A stretch of 64,000 nt of DNA from Cetorhinus maximus (lineage: Eukaryota), in assembly GCF_964194155.1 (NCBI RefSeq), contig NC_135886.1:119350001-119414000 (forward strand), given 5' to 3'. Below, piece by piece: positions 36,843 through 50,020 of this stretch. The notes beneath the pieces are model-generated. The model worked only from the letters and a program-made list of their open reading frames with translations. It did no database searches and had not been told where the DNA came from. A program made the translations under genes and the position numbers. The stretch's first letter is position 1; each line of letters opens with the position of its first letter.

Positions 36843-37821
36843 GTAACTCATCATCTGTAATAAAAACAGAAAATGCTGGAAAAACTCAGCAGGCCTGGCA
36901 GCATTTGTGGAGAGAGAAATAGAATTAATGTTTTGAGTCCATATGATTCTTCTTCTGTAACTACCTCATCACTTGTAACTAAATCTCTAAAATCTGAAAT
37001 GTTAAGATATGTCAGAAGAAACTTAAGTAATTTGCTTTTTTCCTGATTTTTAAGGAGTATGTGCTGGAACTTTCTGAATGTAAAATTCTAGAGACTAGTA
37101 GTTGATTTTTCACAATTGTATTTATGTATGTTACAAATCATATTTCCAACGGAGCAAGGATGAAAACTGTAGGGAAAGATCTGACTTTGTTTAGGTTTGT
37201 GGTACTGCTCGTTTGTCAATATTAGCTTTGAAAAAATTGAGTTGATTGCCTGATTTTTTTTTCTTCACCCCCTCCCCGCCCTCCCACTGTTTCATTACTT
37301 TTGATTCTTTTGGATTTAGCTGTTGATAACTTAGCAAATAGGTTATTATTTGGATTACTCCCAATTTACTTGCTTCACAAATTTGATGCTCTATGGTGTA
37401 ACACCTCTGAAACCTTTGAAAAGTGTAATGCTACGGACAGATGCTAGAAATAGGACTTTCAATTATATGGGGCATTGCAGATGAAAATTCAGCTATAAAG
37501 CACATTCTTGTCTTGTTCTTCTTGGTCCTTTGGTACTGACTTTGGCCCAACTCCTTAGGTTGTAATTTCACATCCTGTGTAGGGTCATTATAAGAGTTTT
37601 AAATTCAAGATCAATTATACCAAGTTACTATGTAAGCAAAGGTGCTCTCAGGAAATTAAAGGAACATTATTTTCCAGCGTTTTAAATTTAAATTGTCAAA
37701 GCATATTGCTACAGGTTAATTGTTTAAAGATCATACCTAAATTTAGCAAAGATTAGATGTTTTATTTTTCCATTCCTCATTAAGGCTTTGTCTGCCATCA
37801 CAGGCATCTTGTTTCAACTAG

Positions 37822-38770
37822 GAATTCTGACGACTGGACAACAGACTCGAACTGAGAAACTTCTTCCTATTGGAGTTCCTGCATCTGGTTCCAAAAGTTC
37901 CGTTGATGGTTTAGCTCCAGAAGATTTTATAACAGGTGTTAAGAAGAATCTAAGCACATGTATTTGTGAGGATTCTGGCATCCGTAGTCCCAAGTTTGAC
38001 CTTTCCAAAATAAATGTTTCCAGGGTAATTGGTGTGTCTTGTGAGAACTTAACATCAGAATCTAAATTGCAAAAGGAAGAACAATTTGTGAAACATTCCA
38101 CTGGTGGTTACCCTTTTTTTCACAGTCTTTCTTCAGAGGCTGACCAACCTCCAGAAGACGTTGTATCATCAAATCTACACAATGAGCTCATTGTAACAAA
38201 AGTAGAGGACAGGTTATCTACTGAAATCTCTAGCTACGCAAGCCTGTGCTTGAGGAAAGAAGATCCACATATCCTTTCTGACAGAAGAAAGTCTTCAAAT
38301 GACAATCAAACATATATAGTTCGATCGGAATGGGAAGTTTGGGACACTTTTGAATTTACTACATCGAACAGTGATACTAATGGCTGTGTTGAACCTGAAG
38401 AAGAAAAGACATGTAATGGACAAGCTGTGGTCTCAGCTCTTGATGCCACTTCATCTCAGGAATCCTTGAGCCTGAATGATGCATTGTGCCAACCAAATCC
38501 AATAGAACATATGTTGACCTCCAAAAATTGTATATTTTCTCCCCAACAACACTTGAACTCAAACAGTATATTGGAACCACTAACTGAGAGTCATTTTCCA
38601 GATTCATCAGTTGAAAGGGATATGAAACTGCCTGTAGCTAGTGATATCCCAGAATTCCAGTTTTGTCGGTGGCAGGAGGTGGAGATAAGGGTCAGCTATG
38701 CAGTTGACCCGCACTATTTTTATATACAGCACTCTAGCCAGGAGCTACCAGAACTAATGAGGCAATTAAA
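37822..38770 (+). CDS. Tudor-domain gene, large coding exon 3 (alternative in-phase acceptor at 37804)
   Basis: Within the 328-aa ORF; Ser/Glu-rich linker ending EVEIRVSYAVDPHYFYIQ...LPELMRQL, the classic extended-Tudor N-terminal strands and helix; donor AA|gtaagt. Confidence 0.85.
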
Positions 38771-40541
38771 GTAAGTGCATGAAAGAATTTTCCTACCTTA
38801 TGTTTTAAAATAATCCTGTCTTTCTAGAGTGAGTGAACAAAATTCCATAAGAACAAAACAGTAGGATGTGGAGAGTTTAATGGGGCAACAATGACATTAA
38901 TTTGGTAGTTATATATAACTTAGACATGCAATGTGCATTATAGGTGCAATATTGCTTGTTTTCTCCCCTCCCTGACTAAAAGTATAGAGCAAGACTCCAT
39001 CTCAGACTGTGATATCTGATTTTTAAATTTGGAATAAACAGTCTCCTGTGGTGTTGCATACAGGGACTCAAGACCAAGTGTAGCATTCAGGTAAAGATGG
39101 CAAGAGGCAGGACCAGGGTACACAGGCATAATTCATTTTAAAATCATACTTCTGTCCTTATTTTTGATATTATCATTATAAATTCTGATGTTCACATTTC
39201 TAATGAAAGCTACTAATAAATGCTTGTCATAATTACACCCTTCTGTCAATGGTGAAGTTGCCATGTTTCCATTGGTAAAATAGTGTAATTACAGCTTGTC
39301 AAGGTTCTGTAGGGAGTGTCCATTATAAATTTGGGCATTGAAATTCGTGATGTGAAAAGTTGCTCAGGAACATGCACCGGTGTCTTAATATTTTTAATAT
39401 ATTCCCAGTTGGTATGCATGGGCATGGTAAGTCAGAGTTAAAGATCTCAATCTTATCTGTCCCTTTTTATTTTTGTGTTTCTGTTTCTCTCTGCTTTTCT
39501 GTCATTTTCTTCTTTTGGCTTTTTATGTGAGAAGTGGTGTGTGGAATTGCATGGTGTCATGGGAAAAGGAGCCACCAGAGGCTGCCCGCAGCACTAGGAT
39601 GGATTTACAGGGAAGATATAACCCCACAAAGCACCCTTCCAAATCATTTGTGCTTCTCCCCAGCCCCTCACTCCATTCCTGTTTCCTGCCCCTTCACTTT
39701 CCCACTATCTCTTGCTTTTCCTATTATCACCTAATTCTCATCACTACGCTTTATAAGCTATAAAGCCTTAAATATAGCATAAAAATACAGCAATATTAAC
39801 TTTCTGGAGACTTTTTTGTTACTTTATTGTGATGCCTATCTCTCACTTACACTTCGAGGTACAGAATATAATTGGCTGGCTGTTTTGTGGAACTCCTGCC
39901 GTAACTGTGGCAGGAATCCAGTGGCACACCCATTACCAAATACATCAATCTTCAGCCTTGTCTGGAAGCACAATATCCATCTGACATAAACAAGATCACT
40001 TACGTGGAGGTGTGGAAAGGTTGGAGGTTATTCTAGAATTACTGGTTCCCATTCCTAATGGGAGTTAATGCATTTGCTTGCAAACATACACAAAGTTACA
40101 AGAGGGATAATGGCCTCCAGAAGAACATAAATTGGTCCTTGGTTTGTGTTGGGGCTTCAAGCCTTGGATGTGACCTGGATCCCCGAAGAAAATTAGTTTT
40201 TAAGTTATTACTGGCCCCTATTACAAAGGATGCCAAATAGTAATTGTTTCACCCAGGCTGACTAAACAACCTGCCTCAACCCAAAGATAGCAGTCAGTCA
40301 CTGGACTTTCCAATAGTGTAGAGCTGGCAGGTGCCTGAGTATACTTCTCCCATTTACAGAAGTGAATCCAGAAATCTGATGTATTAATCCATAACTTAGG
40401 ATATTTCTAGTCCCAAAAATAATCAATGCTGTGGACTCTCCATGTTGTGCATCTTCTCCAAAGACTGTGTTGGTAACCTGTTCCTAGGCCTCAGCTGAGC
40501 CAACTGCCAAAATTAACATTAGATTACCTTTTTTTTTGCAG

Positions 40542-40684
40542 CATCGAGTGCTCGAAGAACTCTGCTACGTTGTGTTGCACCCCTTTGATCAGCTCCTATG
40601 TGTGTGCTTGGCTTCCTGAAAGCAAGCAGTGGTACCGGTCTTGTGTCATCAGGATTGTGGGAAATGAAACAACTATGACACGTG
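40542..40684 (+). CDS. Tudor-domain gene, coding exon 4 (Tudor core)
   Basis: Acceptor tttttttgcag|, donor G|gtatgg; phase 2 to 1; PLISSYVCAWLPESKQWYRSCVIRI. Confidence 0.85.
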
Positions 40685-41129
40685 GTATGGGCACAGGCTG
40701 TATGGAGAGTAAGCAAGAAAATATATACTAAAAGCAGATGTAGATAATAATAGTGAATGGAATGACATTTGAGGGAAAAAAATACTAATGATATACTTGC
40801 AGGTTTTCGTAACCTGCAAATCCGTATTTTTCATTGGAGTACTAGGATTGCACAAGTAGTCGTTCTTCATGTGAGAGTGGAGTCAGTGACTGTCGACAGA
40901 GCTGGTCACCCACAGCGGGCACTAAAGCCAGTCCTAAGCCTGGCCTTGACCAACGTCTGTACATGTGCAGTGCTATATCCTAACCCATATAACATCCAAA
41001 CTGGTGCCCTGCTGAAATCAGCCAATTTGCCACATAGCAGGGAACTGAACCTATGATCTTCTGTTCTGTTTTTTGTTGCTGTTATTATAATAATTAGTTC
41101 TACATGCAGTATATCAATAACCAGGGCAT

Positions 41130-41830
41130 TATTATGATCTTGGTAGAGACCAGTAACTTTTTAGTTTTGTTCTAGAATTTGAAATCGCAGATAATTACTA
41201 AAGGAATGAAGCCACAAGGTTCACAGTTTAAAACAAAAGAATTTTATTACACAAAAATCAAAGAACATGAATGCTGTTAACTACACCCTAACTAAGATAG
41301 TCAGTTATGTTAAAGATATTAAGAATGAACACAGTTACTTATACTCTAAATCAAACTTCTTTACTTAATTTTCCTTCGCCATCCATTTGACTTACACCCT
41401 CAATAAACTCAAGTCAGATACTTACCAGAAATTGGAAGATTAACTACTTGGTCTGAGTACTGTTTCAAAGATTAGTATAAGAACTGACATTTCTTAGTCC
41501 TTCTACTTCTAGCAAGGTTGTCCCTTCAAATCTCCTCCGACCGTCCTACGGTTTAGGCTCCCCAATCAACACAGACGTCACTGACATCTTAAGTATAGCT
41601 ACCTTGGGTCAGAACTCTCCTGGTTGTAATATTCGTTAACTCTGTAGTCTTGCATCTAAAACTCTCTCTCTTTTCTTCCCTCCGCCACCCCCCGAAAACA
41701 GCAATTGGCTATTTACAATAAATCACTTGCAGAGAAATTTAGTTCTTAAAGGGGCCATCATCCCAACACAAAGCACAGATTTTTCCCAAAAGCACATAGG
41801 CCATCACATAGTGAAATTTCACCATGACTA
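41130..41830. mobile_element. Probable decayed solo LTR
   Basis: tattatga...catgacta ends with gcat/gtat flanks; internal similarity to the LTR at 7896 in reverse orientation. Confidence 0.5.
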
Positions 41831-43213
41831 GTATAGAATCATTCATGAGGGATTATTGTTGATTTTTAAAAAATTTATACTTGGGATGTGAGCATCTCTG
41901 ACAAGGCCTAGTAATTTGAGCTGTAGTTGCAAGCCCTACTGTTTAACCGTTTAATTGTCTCACTCAGGCAGGAATTCAAACTAGACCATTTAAAAAGATG
42001 GCTAAGCTAAAATCCTAAAATGTTACTTCAAACCGATATAGAACCCTCAAACTTAGAAGCATTATCAAAATCTTACAGGTGGTAAGTCTTACACACTGAG
42101 TGCCAGTGGTGGAGAGATTGAATGATCAACATGGGATGTTGATCAACCAGGCTACACTGTCTTTCATGGTATCAAGCTTCTTGAGTGTTGTTGTTGGAGT
42201 TGCCCTCATCCAGGCAAGTGGAGAGCATTCCATCACCACCTGACTGTTGCCTTGTAGATTGTGGAAAGGCTTTGGGAAGTCAGGAGGTGAGTTACACGCT
42301 GCAGAATTCCCAACCTTTGACTTGCTGTTGTAACCATAGTATTGATTTAAAACATCTGATTTTAGAGAGTGCTTTAGCAGATTTATATTTCTCTTGCAGA
42401 TTGACATCAATGTATTGTTTCATAATGAGGCAATAGTAGGTAGTTCCTTTTCATAATGCAGGGAGTCAATTTTGATAGTTAGGTTCTGGCAATGTGGAAC
42501 ATTGAGTCAGCTTGTTGTCGTAGGTTTTGTGCTCAAGGAACCCTGGTACAATGGGCCACAACTTCCAAGCTCCAGGGCTGTGAAACCCCCACCCCCCTGG
42601 AAATTCCCAAGTAAGGATTACACAGCAATTGCCTGGGAAGTGCAAACCTCTGATGAGCAATTGCCCTCCACTAGGAACCATCCAAAAATGCTATTTAAAT
42701 CACACATTTCGGATGGTTCTGACTGTTACATCAATGGTTACCCAGAAAATGTTAGAAGAAATAAACTACTTCTAGCCCCTGGGTAACTATTGTACAGATC
42801 CACTCCACTACCCCCCCCGCCCCCTCCACAGCACTCTTTTTCACCCCACAGGAACTCCCCCCTTTCCGGGTCCGACTCTTGACCCCCCCCCCACCCCCCA
42901 GCCAGGCCCAACTCCTGGATTTCCAGGGAAGTGCTTTCGAGCAGAATGGCAATCTAACTCAGTTACCACTCCATCGGAAGTTACAGCGCAATCTATTACA
43001 TACCTTTGATCACCCAGTTGGACATACTCTTCGCAAATAATAAATGAGCTTAGTCATTTAGATTTTATGATACACCAGGGTTTTTTTGCTAATCAGGTTG
43101 CAGCATATTATTGATGAAGTTATTTTTCCTCTGCACTGAGCAGTCTGTTTGAATTCATTTTCTAAAAGATGAATTTGCATTGAAGAGATAAATCTTTGAC
43201 TTTATTTTTGCAG

Positions 43214-43353
43214 ATGACTACCAACACCTTCTAGTAGAAGTCTTATGTGTGGATTATGGATTCTCTGCTTGCCTTTCATTAAGTTGTTTAAAATCTCTGC
43301 CTCCAACATATTGTGCTCTTCCCCAGCAAGCTTTATGTGTGTCTTTAGCAAAT
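43214..43353 (+). CDS. Tudor-domain gene, coding exon 5
   Basis: Acceptor tttttgcag|, donor AAT|gtaagt; phase 1 to 0; LVEVLCVDYGFSACLSLSCLKSLPPTYCALPQQALCVSLAN (DYG...LP..LPxQA Tudor signature). Confidence 0.9.
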
Positions 43354-43779
43354 GTAAGTACATAGGGATGCGAGTTTAAGAAAATTCAGCATTTGGAATT
43401 TCAGGGGGTTTTATTATATCTAATGCCAAATTAGGAACAAATAAACAAAGGTTAGGGAGGATTACTCTCTTAGTCTGATGCTGTTTATAATTACAGCTAA
43501 ACCAAAGATATTGAATGATGCCACATATGAACCATTTTTTTGGTTTTAATGTTCATCGATTGAAAAAAAAAATGGCATTTTTAAATACTGAGTTAGAAGT
43601 GATGCAAGTGTGCCACAACACCAGCGCTCAGTGCCTTAATAAGTAATGATGTTCAGATTCTGTAAGTTTTAGTAATGGAACTTCCATATCATGTAATGAT
43701 TTTTAACTGAAATATTAAGCTAATCAGTCACTGACAATGATTTACCGACATTACACCCTAAAAGGTTATTTTTACAATG

Positions 43780-44140
43780 AGATGGTGACATAGTGGTAAT
43801 GTCACTATACTAGTAATCCAGAGGCCCAGGCTAAAGTTCTGGAGACAAGGGTTCAAATCCGACCATGGCAGCTATTGGAATTTAAGTTCAATTAATAAAA
43901 TCTGGAATTGAAAGCTAGTCTCAGTAATGGTGACCATGAAACCATTGTTGATTGTCGTAAAAACCCATCTGTTTCACTAATGTCCTTTAAGGAAGGAAAT
44001 CCGCCATCCCTACGTGATCTGGCCTACATGTGACTCCAGACCCTCAGCAATGTGGCTGACTCTAAACTGCCCTCTGAAATGGTGTGGAAAGCCACTCAGT
44101 TCCAGGGCAGTCAGGGATGGGCAACAAATGCTGGCCTTGA
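43780..44140 (+). mobile_element. Near full-length tRNA-derived SINE
   Basis: A and B boxes plus the 3' tail agggatgggcaacaaatgctggcc shared with LINE family B. Confidence 0.85.
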
Positions 44141-44410
44141 AAGAGTTTTTTTTAAATGAGTGTGTGATATATTTAAGGCTGAGACAGATTTTTGGGGTCT
44201 CAGGGAAACGAGGGATATGGTGAGTGGGTGGGAAATTGGAGTTGAAGCAGAAGATTAGCCATGATCATATTGAACAGTGGGGCAAGCTTGACGGACCACC
44301 GGAGTGGTCTACTCCTATTTCTGTGTCCTTAAGTTGGGGCTTGGTTGAGGGTCAGGGTGGTGAGGTTGGAATGCTAACAAAACAATATCATATCAAATCA
44401 TCTTCTGCAG

Positions 44411-44565
44411 GTTTCTCCAATGTATGGTGTTACCTGGTCCAGGTCAGAGATCAACTGGTTCAAGAAGTCAGTGAAAAACAAAACATTCTTTGCAAGACTT
44501 TACCAAAAATCCAACATCATGACAGTGGCACTTTTCAGTGAAAGAGGGAAAATAGGGATCATGAG
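44411..44565 (+). CDS. Tudor-domain gene, coding exon 6 (SN-like subdomain)
   Basis: Acceptor tcttctgcag|, donor AG|gtatgt; phase 0 to 2; VSPMYGVTWSRSEINWFKKSVKNKTFFARL (P...WS...F motif). Confidence 0.85.
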
Positions 44566-45404
44566 GTATGTAGGCAAGACTTCCCTGTCCTTTTTGAGTT
44601 GTGATGCCCTTATTTTGATTAGTGTATGCTTTGTTTTTAATTAATGTTTACTGTAGCAGGTAAAAATCTTAATCCTTACGCATGGGCCCCTTTCACCTGA
44701 TGCACTTTATTCAAACAGGTAGTGATGGTGACAGGTATAGAATTGTCACTGTGATAGTACTTGGCAGGAGGAAATTGACTGCTTTAAGCTTGTTATTTAA
44801 GCACATCCACAGGTGGAGAGGAGAGTTCAGGCAGAAGAATATTTTATCCCTGGTTAAACTATGCGAGCCTTGCAACTTATTGTTGCCATTAGATATTTGT
44901 TGAACATCTAAATAGTTGACAGATTTTTTCAAAAGTGATTTGATTAGTTCAAACCTTCCCTTAAATGTTGCAAGGCTTCCCCTCTCTTTCACCACCACCC
45001 CTAAATTGCTACAATGCCTGTCAAGGGACCATAGACACTCTTTATGCTTTCAGGTTCCATGGTTGCCTCAGCACTAGTAAATCAATATGAATGGTAATGC
45101 CCATGTTCTTAGCAAACATCTGACTCACCATGACCACAGGAGACCTGCTAGTACGAATAATATATAAAGAAGTTTGCCCCTCAGTCATTTCACTGCTGGC
45201 TAGAATCGCGATTTCAGTAATCAAAATCTTGTTCTATATTAGTTAATACATGGGGAATAAACAGCCAGCGTCTAATCTCTCTCTTTTGCAGTGCTGTATA
45301 ATTTAGCCCAGTTTAACAATCAAAGTTACAAAGCCTGTATCAGCTTAATTTCACTTTTTTTCTTTAATTATCTTTAACTTTGATTTAACTTTGTTTTTCT
45401 TTAG

Positions 45405-45463
45405 GAGAGGGTCTAAGCTTTCCCAAAAGATGGCAGCAGCTGGGCTTGCAAGATATTCAGAAG
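45405..45463 (+). CDS. Tudor-domain gene, coding exon 7 (alternative in-frame donor after 45472)
   Basis: Long polypyrimidine acceptor ttttctttag|; phase 2 to 1; RGSKLSQKMAAAGLARYSE (terminal GLA helix of extended Tudor domains). Confidence 0.8.
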
Positions 45464-45537
45464 GTAATTGTGGTAAGTATTACAGTCAGTGCGTTATTGA
45501 ATGTTAAATTTGTTTCTTCTGTGCAATTTCAAAATAA

Positions 45538-46405
45538 TGTTATGACCAGGTGAGAAGGGGTGAACTGGCCCACCTCTGGCTCCTTGGTTGGTCACAATAA
45601 AGGTTTAAGTTTCTTTTTCACGAGGATATGCCTTTTCCAAATTCAAATGTATTTAACCGTTTATGCTGTGAGCAATAAGGAGCCAATCAAACAAGGTTTT
45701 CTTGAGTTAAAGAAGAGCAAATTTATTAACCACTAAATCCAAGAAAAAAATAATAATCATGTGATGCCACACATACAGGTATTAGAAATAAGAGTAGTTG
45801 GAGTCCAATAAAAAAAATAAAAGAATATACGGTTAACTTTCCTTGAGGCGTAGATTTTAAATGTTGCAGCCAGTTTAGGTTAGCTGGTTTCTTGGATGCG
45901 GTCCGATGTAGAAGATGTTGCAATTATTGCGAGATCTCTGTCCGCCGGTAGGTTTCTGATTGTTGACTTCTCTAACTCAAAAGAGGGAGATAGCAGCTTT
46001 TCAGCCTGTTTCGTCTGCTAAAAACTCCCTTGACACTACCTGTATCACTTGCAATCTCTTTGCAGTGGCTGGTAGTCTGGTCTTCTATACTTTGCCCATT
46101 GTGTTTTTCAAAAGGGTTTTGAGCAGGTCTCTCTGTGGCAGCCAGTGTTTCAGTATCCAGTACTTTGCATTTTAATGTCTCTTCCTTAGACAGTGACGGG
46201 CTTTGATGCATCTTTGAATTATAGGAAATGTCCCTCTCTTCACATTCCCCTGAGGATGTCTTGTTTGCTTTTTCACCTTCACCTTGGAAGATGACCTTGC
46301 ATTTTTGGGTAGTTTCTTCTATCTCATTTCAAACTGAAAGATTTTCTGTTAGTTGAAGATTGAAAAGTCATATATTTAAAAATAAAGGGGCATAGCCTCC
46401 TGACA
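45538..46405. mobile_element. Probable solo LTR
   Basis: Begins TGTTATGA, ends CCTGACA; flanks ataa/agaa (imperfect TSD). Confidence 0.6.
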
Positions 46406-46484
46406 AGAATAACAGTTTCACTTCCTAAAGTTAACTTTTAGCCTCCATAGTTTTCACAATTGTAAGTATACAAAAAAGCACCAT

Positions 46485-47094
46485 GGGCAGAATTTTCTCG
46501 TCGATGTGCAGGGGCGTCCCCCGCATGCCGACGCATAAAATGACTTGCGGTGACGGCAGGCGCGCATCCAGATGTCATCGCGCGTCATTCCAATCTTCCG
46601 TTCAGCAGGCGCCGAAAATTGGGCAGGCAAAGAGCCCAAGCAGCCTTTGCATTTTTCATGAAACCTCATCCACGGACGGGATGAGGTTTCACGAAGGGTT
46701 TGTTAAATTAATAAATATTTTTCAAACATTTGATAAACATGTCCCAAGCTCATGTTATGCTGTCACATGAGGGGACATATGTAAATGATTTATCATTTTC
46801 TTTATTTTGAACTTTGAAACTTACCTTAATCTCCCTGAGGCAGCTCTGTGCCTCGGGGAGATTTCTGCGCCCTTTCGCGTGCATGCGTGAAAGAGCACAG
46901 GCCCTGACTCTCCCTCCTCCCCCTGCCTACACAGGTAGCGCTGAGCACTACTGGCTATGCATCACGCTGGGCGGGCCTTAATTGGCCCGCCTACATAAAA
47001 TGGCAGCACACAGCTGATCGTGGGCGGCAATCGGCTCCGCACCCGCCCTCGCCCACTCCCAAACAGCCCACCCGACAGGAAGAGGATTCTGCCC
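46485..47094. mobile_element. Harbinger-type MITE with TIRs and 3-bp TSD (CAT)
   Basis: GGGCAGAATTTTC...GAGGATTCTGCCC; CAT at 46482-46484 and 47095-47097. Confidence 0.85.
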
Positions 47095-47429
47095 CATGTG
47101 TACTCTTGGCTCAATATCATGTGCTGTACACCAGTACTAGTTACCCAATTAATCACACTTTACTGTATAATATTTTCACCTGATCACATATTCAAATGCA
47201 GTTTTTTCTGTTTTTTCTGCTCTTCACAAAGGGCTACTGTTAATGTAAGTGAAGCACACTTTTTCCTTCAGAGATTTTTGTATAATGACCTGGAACACTT
47301 TCCCATCCCTAATTACAAGAGCACTGACGCCCATTGTAATACCTCTCCTATTTGTAGCTAACTGCAAAGATCAGGGTTTGAACCTGGGAGCTCCTTGTTC
47401 AGTGTGGCTCAGCTATTTTCTATATGAAC

Positions 47430-48130
47430 AAGAACTTGGATTTAAATAGGACCTTTAACATAGTAAAACATCCCAAGGCATTCCGCAGGAGTGTTATCAA
47501 ACAGTACGTGACACGGAGCAATGAGCCACATAATGAGATAGTAGGACAAATGAGCAGAAGTTTAGTTTTACGAAGCATCACAAAGGAGGAAAGAGAGGTA
47601 TGGGGGGAAATTCCAGAGCTTAGAAGCTTGACAGTTGAAGGCATGGCAGCAAATGGTGGAGTAGTTAAAATTGGGGACGCACAAGATGTCAGAATTGCAA
47701 GAGTGCAGAGATCTTTGAGGGTTGTAGGGCTGGAGCAGGTTACAGAGAGAAGGAAAGTCTTGGCCATGGAAGGATTTGAAAATAAGAATAAAAATTATAA
47801 AATGGTGGCATTGCTGGACTGAGAGCCAGCGTAGATCAGCGAGCATGGGGTGATAAGTGAACAGGACTTGTTGTGATTTAGGATATGTGCAGCAGTATCT
47901 TGATGAGCTCAATTTTATGGAAAGCAGAAAATGGGAGGCTGGCCACGAGAGCATTGAAATAATTAAGTCTAGAATAACAGACATGGATGAGAATTTCAGC
48001 GGTAGGTGAGCAAAGTTGGGCGATGTTACAGAGGTAAAAGTAGGCGGTCTTAGTGATGGAGCGGGTAAGTGGTTGGAAGATCATCTCAAGTCCAACACGA
48101 TATTGAGGTGTGAACAATCTGGTTCAGCAA
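47430..48130 (-). mobile_element. L2-type LINE 3' part
   Basis: ITKTAYFYLCNIAQL...EILIH...SRLNYFNAL peptide and L2 tail. Confidence 0.8.
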
Positions 48131-48299
48131 TTAAATCTCCTGAATATCAGAGGAAACTGTAATTCAAATCTGTACCTGCAAAGAAATATTGCACTTCCTT
48201 ATCATTAATATACCTTCTTAAATATTAATATTGTTTTGAATGGTTCTAAACACTGGTGGCTAAAAAACTTCTGGGTGAGAGATTTTTTTTTACTTAAAG

Positions 48300-48388
48300 C
48301 TTCACCCAAAACTGGAGCAAGTATTCCGCTTTACTGGAAACAACGCCTTGTAAAGTTACTGTCAGAACCAACCAACTTAAGAAAATGA
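48300..48388 (+). CDS. Tudor-domain gene, candidate last coding exon
   Basis: Acceptor ttttttttacttaaag|; phase 1 gives ASPKTGASIPLYWKQRLVKLLSEPTNLRK*; donor CAG|gtatgt 4 nt after the stop; no homology support. Confidence 0.45.
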
Positions 48389-48629
48389 CCAGGTATGTTC
48401 CAATGTGTAATAATTATGTAGGTAAGAGGAAGCTGGGTATGCTACAAGCAGCAACGCGTCAAGGGTCCAGATAGTACTGAAGGCTTTTGTAGCTAATGAA
48501 CAGCACCAGAATCCAAAGCTCTTATCGGTGGCTTCAGTTGTATTCAATGTTACCTATAAAGGAAGAAACTTGTATTTTCTTGAAACAAAAGAATGCAGCA
48601 ACAAATTCTTGGATGATAAATCCTAACAC

Positions 48630-50020
48630 AGGAACTGGAGTAAGCCATTCAGCCTATTGAGCTTGCTTCCCCCACTCAATTAGATCATGGTTGATCAGCT
48701 ACCTCAATACCACTTTCCTGCACTATTTCCATATCTCTTGGTGTTATTAGTCTCCAGAAATTTGTTGATTTCTGTCTTGAACATAATCAATGATTGAGCT
48801 TCCACAGCCCTCTAGGGTAGAGAATTCCAAAGATTCACCACCCTCTGAGTGAAGAAATTCTTCCTCATCTCAGTCTTAAATGGCCTACACCTTACCCTGC
48901 GATTAAGTCCCCTGGTTTTAGACTCACTAGCCAGGGGAAACATCTTATCTACATTCACCCTGTCACACCCTGTAAGAATTTTGTAAGTTTCAATGAGGTC
49001 ACCCCTTATTCTTCAAAACTAGGGAATACAGACTCAGTCTCCTCAATCCCTCCTCATAAGACAATCCTGCCATCCCAGGCATTAATCTTGTGATCCCCTG
49101 TGGCACTCCCTGTATGACAAGTAAATTCCTCATTAGATAAGGTGACCAAAACTGTACACAGTTCTCCAGGTGAGGTCTCCCCAAGGCTCTGTACAACTGC
49201 AGCAAGACAGCTTTACTCCTGTACTCAAATCCCCTTGCAATGAAGGCCAACATACCATTTGCCTTCCTAATTATTTGCTGCACCTGCATGCTAACTTTTA
49301 GTGACTCATGAACAAGGACACCCAGGTACCTTTGGACACCCACACTTCCCAACCTCTCACCATTTAAGAAATATTCTGCCTTTCTGTTTTTTTTCTACCA
49401 AAGTGCATAACTTCACACTTATTCACATTATATTCAATGTTCCATGTTCTAGCCCATTCACTTAGCCTGCCTAAGACCTCTTGAAGCCTCCTTGATCCTC
49501 CTCACAATTTACATTCCCACCCAGTTTGGTGTCATCAGCAATTTGGAAATATTACAATTGGTCCTCTCATCCATATCATTTATATAAATTATGAATAGCT
49601 TTTGACATAACACTAATACTTGCAGTACCCCACTAGTAAAAGCCTCCCATCCTGAGAGTGATCCATTTATTCCTACTCTCTGCTTTCTATCTGTTAACCA
49701 ATTCTCAATCCATTCTAGTATATTTTTCCCCCAATCCCAAGTGCTCTCATTTTATTAACTTACCTCCTGTTTGGGACCTTCTCAAAAGCCTTCTGAAAAT
49801 CCAAATACACCACATCCACTAGTTCTCCTTTATCAATGCTGCAAGTAATATCCTCAAAAAAAACATTCCAACAAGTTTGTCAAACATGATTTCCCTTTCA
49901 TAAATTCATGTTGACTCTGCCCAATTTTACTATTCTTTTCTTAATATCACACCCTTTGTAATAGTTCTAACATTTTCCTTTCTTCTGACGCCAAACTAAC
50001 AGGTCTGTAGTTCTCCCTCC
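48630..50020 (-). mobile_element. CR1 family A, RT to 3' end
   Basis: LGVLVHESLKVSMQVQQ...LYRALGRPHLENCVQFWSPY; YLDFQKAFEKVP-type RT motif near 49780. Confidence 0.9.

Noticed and set aside
37320-37446. Possible extra exon in Tudor gene intron 2
   Set aside because: Only weak donors before a stop, and the flanking exons already join in phase without it
42805-42905. C-rich tracts with G-quadruplex potential
   Set aside because: Low-complexity part of a probable repeat element, with no evidence of function
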